64,000 bases of DNA, taken from positions 582,501 through 646,500 of the forward strand of contig JAUPSS010000007.1 in NCBI GenBank assembly GCA_040285825.1. The letters run 5' to 3'. The position numbers and the translations under genes were made by a program. Every line of letters begins with the position of its first letter. Positions within the stretch are counted from its first letter, which is position 1. This stretch comes from Eukaryota sp. TZLM1-RC. Taxonomy: Eukaryota; Protista; Metamonada: BaSk clade. Below the pieces are notes generated by a model. The model was not told the origin of the DNA. It made no database searches and saw only the letters and a list, made by a program, of their open reading frames with translations. Shown one piece after another: positions 56,562-64,000 of this stretch.

Positions 56562-58789
56562 ATTCACCCATCATAATACAAAATTGAATGATAGAAAAGC
56601 AATTGAATAAGGAATACCAGGTAAAAACCAAGAATATTGTTCAAGGCATCAACTAACTGGTAATAATAACTCTATAAGAAATAAGTTAATAAAAAAGCCA
56701 AAAAAAGGGTTAAAGTGACAGAAGATTTGGTGAAAGAGTGTTCTCAAATGATTGAAGTGACTTGGTGAGCATCAGCGATTCATGATCTGAAAGAAATATT
56801 GAATGAAGGTGAAAGAATGGGCGATGAACGGCGTCAGAATGAATAGAGACCGGCAGGTGGTAAATGGTGGATGGTTGATCACTCATGAAACGAATGTCTC
56901 CCACAGATGAAACCAAATCTTGACAATTGTGGTGGATTGGATGTTAACAATGATCACGCGGTAACCAATGCAATACAAGCTGATCTGCTCAACGATGCTG
57001 TTTTTCTGGTGCGAGAACTAATGAGACGTTACAGTGGAAATCTCTTGTTTGTCAATGTAAACTTCTCATTTTCCAATCATCTTGAAATCAAATGTACCTC
57101 TCGAAAATATAGGTGCAGATTACACCCTGAATGAATGTGTCATGATGATATTACAGTTGTGTTCAGAGGGATTTCACTGATCCTGCTCTTCCCAATTGAT
57201 TGTTTTTACATCCAGAAAAATAGATTGCTGGTTAAGTGTCAATCCCCTGTTGCAAAACAACAGGTAAATTGTTGTTTTATGCAAATTATTAAACCGTTCC
57301 AAACAACCATCGAATCCTGTATTGAAAAATCAGCTCATTTTGTTGCCGTAAATGCTCAATTAATTCTGAAGATTTCATCTAATAGTCCATTGCTATCTAC
57401 TCACATATCATTTTGTGCGTAGTAACATAGCGTTTCAACTACTCAATCGTGAGATAATAGCAGTCAAATTCCTAAACAATATGAATGTATCTCTAGGAAA
57501 AAAATTGTGAGGAGCCAACTGTTGGTCAGTTCAATCTGGAATAAATTTAGATCGACGCATTTGGAGGTTACATCAACATATGGCATACATACGAACCTAT
57601 ATAATACATCAGTTTTATTACCTATATTCAAAGGTTTCCAAGATCACAATACAATGCTGTCCACATAACTTAAATGTTGTGTCATTATCACCCTGTCAAC
57701 CTTGATCATCACATTGCAAATCCTGCCCATTTTTTTGTAGTCCATCTACGCTTTACATAAATGCGACTTGATCATTTAGCTGTTTCCTTTGTCAAGGCAA
57801 CAGCTTTTGTGTCGGCCGACAGAAAGTTCTTTTGTTTCTGTTGAGCACTTTTACATTCTACTTTTATTTAAATTTGTAAAATCAAATTATGTTAGGATAT
57901 CTATTGCTTAATCAAATGCTACAAATTCTCCACAATTTTCCAAAACCTCAAAAGTTAGTGAAATTTACTCCTAGGTCAATTAAAGCAAGGGAAAGGTGAT
58001 ACTCAGCCTCATGTAGCAAAGCCATCCCCATCAGTAGCTTGCATCTCTCCAAGCTGTTGAAAGGAAGTAGGGTGTTGATTCACATTTGACTACATCATCA
58101 TGAATTGTCATTTGTCAAATTGCAAATCTCAATTTCCCATTAGTTCCTCGTTTTTTAAGGATACTTCCAATAAAACTTACGTGTTGTTTGATCAACCCCC
58201 GATCAATGGTACATTGATAACCTGGTGATGTTTTACCTTTAAAATCATCGTTTCTGCTACATCTGATTGTACATGACTTCTTGCAACTCATGCCATTTGT
58301 CTCTACAACTTTCTGTGTAGGCCATAAACACTTTTGGTCTCTCTACCCCATTTAGTTCCCATCTCCGATCCTGCACTGGTTCGTCCATTAACCAAATGCC
58401 ACGTTACCCTACGTATCTTCTGTTTTAAATGTTTATCCCGTGCTGTTATTCCAGACGTGTTGCCACGTCATCACCTAATCGTTTCCCCAAAAACTCTTGA
58501 TTCAGCTCAATGTTCTTTTGTGGTTCTTGCTCCTTTTTGTTACCAAAGTGAAGTAACTTTTTGCCAAATTGATTTTATTTGCTACTCAACCCTCTCTTGT
58601 TGCTAGTCACTCTTCCGATGAAGTTCCGTACAAGAGTGGTTTGATAATAAACCTTACCAAATCCAAATATCGAGAAGTTTAAATCAATTTAGTCTAATAG
58701 TTCTATTAGAAACATTAGGCAATCAAATCTTTCAAAGCACGAGGTAGTTATTCTTAAGTAGCAAAGCGATCAGTACATGCGACATCAGT

Positions 58790-59200
58790 AGCTTTGGTTG
58801 TTTTTGCAATAATTCAATGTTCCAAAGTCAGCAAGTCTCATTTGGCCATTGTCTAATAGTGTATTTTCTGGTTTAAGATCTCCATGTACGAGTGACTTGG
58901 AGTGTGAAAACCTGGCAGCCTTGCAGATCTTCTTTGCAAAATAAAGGCTTTGTTAAGCCAACTGTAAAGAATTTTTCAACAAATGAAGATTGCATGCGAT
59001 ACGGTGGTGCCAGACAAAGAGGGAGGAGAAAGTAGTTCGATCCATGACAATTGCCATCTTGTCGTCTAGGAAGGTGTTGCTATCGATAAATTATGTTGGG
59101 GGGGGGGTTGACCCTTTAGAAGCAAGGTGTTCTCAGGCTTTAAATCACCGTGGATGATAGATTTCGAATGAATGGAATTATTTTCCTTTAGCTTTTGTAG
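58790..59200 (-). pseudogene. Protein kinase fragments (catalytic loop present twice)
   Basis: HSKSIIHGDLKPENTLL (~59120-59175) and HSKSLVHGDLKPENTLLDNGQMRLADFG (~58820-58905). Confidence 0.7.
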
Positions 59201-60362
59201 CATCACTAGTGGCTTATCTTTTGCAGGTAGTCCAAGGTAAATCAATAGTGAAAGGGAAAACATAATCACTTTCTGAATCGTATTAAACAATGAAACTGTT
59301 TCTTGGACTGCTAAAAACTTACAAGTCATTGGTTTATTATTGGATTTTTGATGAGGTGTTGATCACACAACATGTAAGTTTTAATTTAACAACTGTTTTT
59401 TCTTGTATTTTTAGGTTTTTTTGAATCATAGAGTGATCAGGAAGTTGAAAATAGAATTTATATGTAAATAAAACAGTTTTTGTATAATTTAGGATTTTTT
59501 TGAAAACATAAAACCAAGGAAATGGATTATCTACAGTGGAAGATGCTCATTACAAATGCTAACTACAGACATAACCAAAGCTGCTGTGGGAATTGTTAAG
59601 TACTCTTTTCTCAATCCGATTGGTTTATGGCTGAGTTTGTATTGTTTCATAAATGTTGTAGCTTTAAGTCGCCGAAAAGGAAAAGCTGATTTATTTTCTA
59701 TTCATATTATATAAGCCTTAGGGCGCCAGCAATGCCAGGATATCTATATTCACATGGCAATTAGAATGTTTTGGAATGATCTATATTCCCAAATATGCAA
59801 TTCTATATAAAGAACAATCAAATATTGAAGAATTTTGTTGAGGTCAATTCTTGGTGACATCATTCAAAATGTAAGAATAACAACTTAGAATAGGTCCTAC
59901 AATTGTGATTTTAGACAAACACTGTAAACATTCAGCCATGATGTCTTCATTCATTTTTTCCTTTCGATTATCTGGAATGTATGAAAATGATCTTTATAAT
60001 AATATATGCAGCTCTGCTGTTTAAAATCAAGATCTTCACTGATTGTTATTAGAAAAGGGTGTTTGTGAATGCAAGTAATCAGATTCTCCACTTTTTGTGA
60101 CCATTGTACGACGAAGATTTGGATTGGGTGCCACTGATGAAGTATTTGTAACAAAAATGAGATCATATTTGAGTATCCCGATTAATCAATTATTATCAAA
60201 AGAAAAATGTATTTGGTCGAATTCACCTCAACTCACTGTGCGCCATGCTCTGAATTGTTCTAAATTGATAACTTATCGCTCTTCATTACATGATGCTGTT
60301 AGAGACAATGTTGTTAATATGGCACAAACTGCAAGAATATCGTGTATCAAAGAGCCTCTGCT

Positions 60363-60696
60363 TCCAACTCACATACTCAATACCTTCTTTGTCCTTTTGC
60401 TTTTTCTTTATTTGGAACCTTGGGTAAAACCGCTTTATCATTTCTAGATGAATTCTCTACTATTGTCAAAAATAGAACTGGAAGAATATTTGACCGAACC
60501 TTTTGGCAAAATAGAATTGTATTTTGCATTTTAAAGGGGATTCATAGCCTTGTTTTTAGCTTGTTGTTATTACTAGTAAGATATTATGAAGAAAAGGTTG
60601 ATGGTAAATTTTCAATGGTAGATGTGGAGTTTGGGGAAATAGATTTTTAGTTTTTAACATTTTTGTTTTTGTTTTAAATAAGTAAGAAGTCGTCTA
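60363..60696 (+). mobile_element. CRE-like family E, 3' fragment nested in family A
   Basis: LCPFAFSLFGTLG..FWQNRIVF; 14-bp TSD AAAGAGCCTCTGCT at 60349-60362 and 60697-60710. Confidence 0.88.
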
Positions 60697-60914
60697 AAAG
60701 AGCCTCTGCTGAAGGAAACACTTTCTCTGAATAATTTCAGTTCTGATGATAGAGGTGATGTATACTGTGATGGGATTGATAATTCTGAAGCTAATGTTGA
60801 CTGTGTCTCATGTAATGCGGCAAATGATACTTTGGTTCACTGAAGAAAACTTAATCCTGTGGCTGCTCTGGATTTTAAAGCAATAGTGAAACATAGAAAA
60901 TATGATAAAGATAT

Positions 60915-61629
60915 GTAGGCTTTATCCTAGAATGCAAACAAGATTACTATAAACAACAACAATGCAAAGCAATATTCTAGATAAGTGATCACTGACAAAA
61001 TGAAGGTAGATTCTCACTATTTACGGGTTCATGAGCACGTATATTGTGAAACTCAGTAATACTTGAAAGTATTGAGTTTAAATAATGTGGTAGAGCCTTA
61101 AAGAGTGAGAAAACAATTCTGTTCTTCGAAATTAGTTGATCAAAAGAACGTCCTGAGTCTTTTAAGAAACTGCCTAAATCATTCAAAAAAGATAGTCCTT
61201 CCCTGCCTAAAGTACCAAAAATAGAAATTCCAATTGGAACAAAAACGATGTTTTTGCCACGTTGTTTGTTCAAACGTACAAGTAAATCATTATACTTCGA
61301 GTGCTTGCTCCTTTCTACACTCTTGAGGGTTGATTCAATGTCGGAAAACGAAGACAACTTCCAAGGAGAAACATTTGTACAATCAATAATTAATTCCTGG
61401 CCGCTATGCCAAGCACATTGAAGGTCACCTCTTTTTTGACTTTGAACAACCTGCATTTCATCAAAAACTGGTTCCAGTCGTACTAGAGGATGGGCACTCG
61501 TCAACAAATCAAAAATGCAATTGCGAACGGCATTGTGAATTATCGACCTCTTCTGAGTGAACTTCCTACAAGATAAGACATGAGTATAGGAAGCAACTGC
61601 TCCACATTTACAACGAATATTTGTTAAAC
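60915..61629 (-). mobile_element. CRE-like family F, 3' fragment nested in family A
   Basis: CKCG..HVLSC, HNAVRN, EP..RGD..D, FVPIGISIFG; 15-bp TSD ATATGATAAA(G/C)ATAT at 60900-60914 and 61630-61644. Confidence 0.88.
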
Positions 61630-62400
61630 ATATGATAAACATATTGAAGAGGCTAATGTTGATAGAAATACACAGCTGGTTTTTAATGCTTTCCCATTTT
61701 CGATAAATAAAAGATTATCAGATGAAGCAGAAACTTTTTTGAATGATTTCCAAAAAATGGTTCAAGAAAAAACAATGAAAAGATTTGATATTTTTTATGG
61801 CGTTCACGGATTCAATTTGCCATTAGTAATAGATTACCTCAGTTTTTCAATCGAATAAGAGAAACTTTAGCTAGACAGCAAGCAGATCAAAATTTTGTAG
61901 AGGAAACCTTGGTTCAATGATAGTCGTCCCATTAGTTATGAGTTAATTTAATTAAGTGTGCAAATTCAATCAATATTCACCATTATCAAACAATTGATAT
62001 ATTAGTGGTTAAATAAATGCTTTTTACTATTAGTCAAGGAGTATAATAAATACCCTGTTTGTTTTGAAACCTTCTCGAAATTAAACTGATTCATTCCAAC
62101 TTCAGATACAAATACAATGATACAATTTGTCTAACTTGACATAATTACAAAACTACAGAAACACAGATTGATTGATTTTATCCTTTAGAGCAAACTCATG
62201 TTCAAAGTTTTGAATTAAAGTATTCCATTCTGCTTGCTGTCTAGCCAAAGCTTCTCTTATTCGATTGAAGAACCGATGCAATCTATTAATAATAGCAGTA
62301 CGAATTCGAGCACGCCATTTATTATACTTTGAACATGATAAATCAACAGCAAACATTCATCACGATAAACACGATAAACATTTATTTAAATAAAATAAAA

Positions 62401-64000
62401 CTATTGTAAATCTACGGCCACCTCAACCCTCGACTCCTCAAGTTCAGCTTCATCCTCAATGTTTTCAACTGTATCAACCATCTCCTTATCAATTAATTGT
62501 TTTTCTTCAATAGCAACAACCTCAGTAGAAGAAAGTCCCTTCATTTCAGTATCCTCAGCATCCTTCTCATCTTCCTTCTCAATGTAAAAGACAGGGACGG
62601 GCTTCCCAACAAATCGTAAAACGACAAAGCATGCGATGAAGCACAATCCAATAGAAATCAGAGGATGTAAGCTAAACAAAAGCGTAGGAACATAGCCAAA
62701 CACTACAACGACACTCGCTACTGTTAAAGCATAAGGGATCTGCGTGCGAACGTGCGATAAAAGATTACACCTAGCTGCCTAAAGTTAGATAACTTACTGA
62801 ACCATACCATTGCAGCAATGACTGTTGTATCTCCTAATGGGCTTGAATGATTACCAAAGACTGAACCACTCAATACTGAAGCTACCATTGCTCTGAGGAC
62901 GACCATATCACCAGGAGCAGCTCCTACAGCAAGAGGGACAACTAGAGGAATGAGGATCGACATAGTTCCCCAAGCTGTACCAGTGGAGAACGATACCAAA
63001 GCAGAAGCAATAAACACCGATGTCACTAATAAAACAGCAGAAAAACCTTCGGGAATAAGCGAAACTAACCAGGGAGCCGTTCCCAACACCCTCGAAGCTG
63101 AACCTATAGCCCATGCAAACAAAATGATAATAATTGATGACGACAATGATTTAAAACCAGCTATAAATGCATTCATGTTTTGTTCAAGAGTTGCTATTTT
63201 TTGGCAGAGGTTGAGAATCATCGACATTAAAACACCACAAATACTACCTTGAAGCAGAGCATCGAAAACAGAAGCATTGCCAAAGAGGTTTGAAACAGCA
63301 AAAGATTCTTGATCAAGAAGTTCTTCATACTTTTTAACCATTTCTTCATTATCAATAGCATTATAAACTTCTATTTGAGTTTCAAAATGAATTCTAGTAT
63401 CACTAATTTCAACGTAGCCTGTGTAAACCATTAAAGAAATAACTGCAACAATTGTGACAAAGATGGGTAAAACTGCGTTTATGGCTCTCGTAGGTTTTGT
63501 TAAATCAGCAGCCATATGTTTATCTTCATGATCTGAAAGCTCATCTTGCTTACCTTCCTCAACCTTACAGTTAGAGTTAGGGTCAACTCCTCTTGCTTTG
63601 AGCTCGCATTCATACATGGGACCATAATCCCTTTTCAAGGAGATATTGATAACCACGAAAGCAGCAGCTACGATGGGATAAAAGGAATATGGAATTGATT
63701 GCAAAAACAAAATAAAAGGATCATTATCAAGTCCATTTGCTGCTAATTCACTTCTTAATAAACTAACTTGAAACCCAATCCAAGACGTAATCACCCCAAT
63801 AGCACTCAAAGGCGCTGCCAAAGAGTCCAACAGGAAGGAAATCTTTTCAGGGGAAACTCTCAATCTTGCTAGCACAGGTCTGACTGCCAGCCCAGTTAAT
63901 AACACGTTACTAAATTCGTCTACAAAGACAGTGAGGGTCATGAGAGCAAGCCCAAACATAGCCTTGGTTGATGACGTGGCGACTTTGGAAATCTTTCTAG
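62401..64000 (-). CDS. NhaC-family Na+/H+ antiporter-like transporter (5'-partial); 29-nt intron at 62779-62807
   Basis: FVDEFSNVL, SPEKISFLLDSLAAP, FSTGTAWGTMSIL and VFGNHSSPLGDTT; splicing restores AARCNLLSHVRTQIPYAL. The frame is open to the window edge. Confidence 0.88.

Larger units (their letters stand above)
60050..61972 (+). mobile_element. CRE-like family A 3' portion carrying two nested CRE insertions
   Basis: HALNCSKLITYRSSLHDAVRD, KEPLL, RGD, KYDKDI and the family-A 3' UTR at 61920-61972. Confidence 0.85.

Noticed and set aside
56700-57420. Protein-coding gene
   Set aside because: Multiple stops in all frames and no recognisable motif; probably a decayed gene.
58330-58610. Solo LTR (shares GCCACGTCATCAC with the chromovirus LTR)
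   Set aside because: Only a 13-bp match; no TG...CA boundaries with a TSD could be defined.
1-64000. CRISPR array, rRNA or prokaryotic operon
   Set aside because: No regularly spaced repeat-spacer structure or rRNA-like sequence was seen; the genes are eukaryotic with spliceosomal introns.
1-64000. Alternative genetic code or stop-codon readthrough to explain the many in-frame stops
   Set aside because: Housekeeping genes are uninterrupted and end in TAA or TAG, and the intact hAT ORF has no internal stops. In-frame stops of all three types are confined to decayed elements.

Overview
AT-rich nuclear DNA from a eukaryotic microbe (a protist; the lineage cannot be fixed from this window). A few compact housekeeping genes sit in a dense, nested transposon landscape. 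The host genes are a ChAPs/exomer adaptor, a METTL13/EEF1AKMT4-like methyltransferase, a BTB protein, ATG9, CCT5, Aurora kinase, an RCC1-repeat protein, an ERK7/MAPK15-like kinase and a prokaryote-type NhaC antiporter; their spliceosomal introns are only 29-36 nt. The mobile elements are about six families of CRE-like RT+RLE non-LTR retrotransposons with 10-15 bp TSDs, two Ty3/Gypsy elements (a young chromovirus with identical 92-bp LTRs nested in an older one), an intact hAT element, a hAT relic, a MULE and two DD34E IS630/Tc1 elements. Three things stand out. (1) A ~5 kb very AT-rich, intronless, tightly packed giant-virus-like relic (41425-46530) holds a DEAH/NPH-II-type helicase remnant and a ~105-aa tristetraprolin-like gene (tandem CCCH fingers plus a C-terminal RLPxF motif) that the ORF track misses. 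(2) Both IS630/Tc1 elements carry a homologous, uncharacterised convergent second ORF. (3) There is a frameshifted Fanzor1 (eukaryotic TnpB-like RNA-guided nuclease) relic at 6570-7964. All homology calls rest on manual translation and motif recognition, not database searches.
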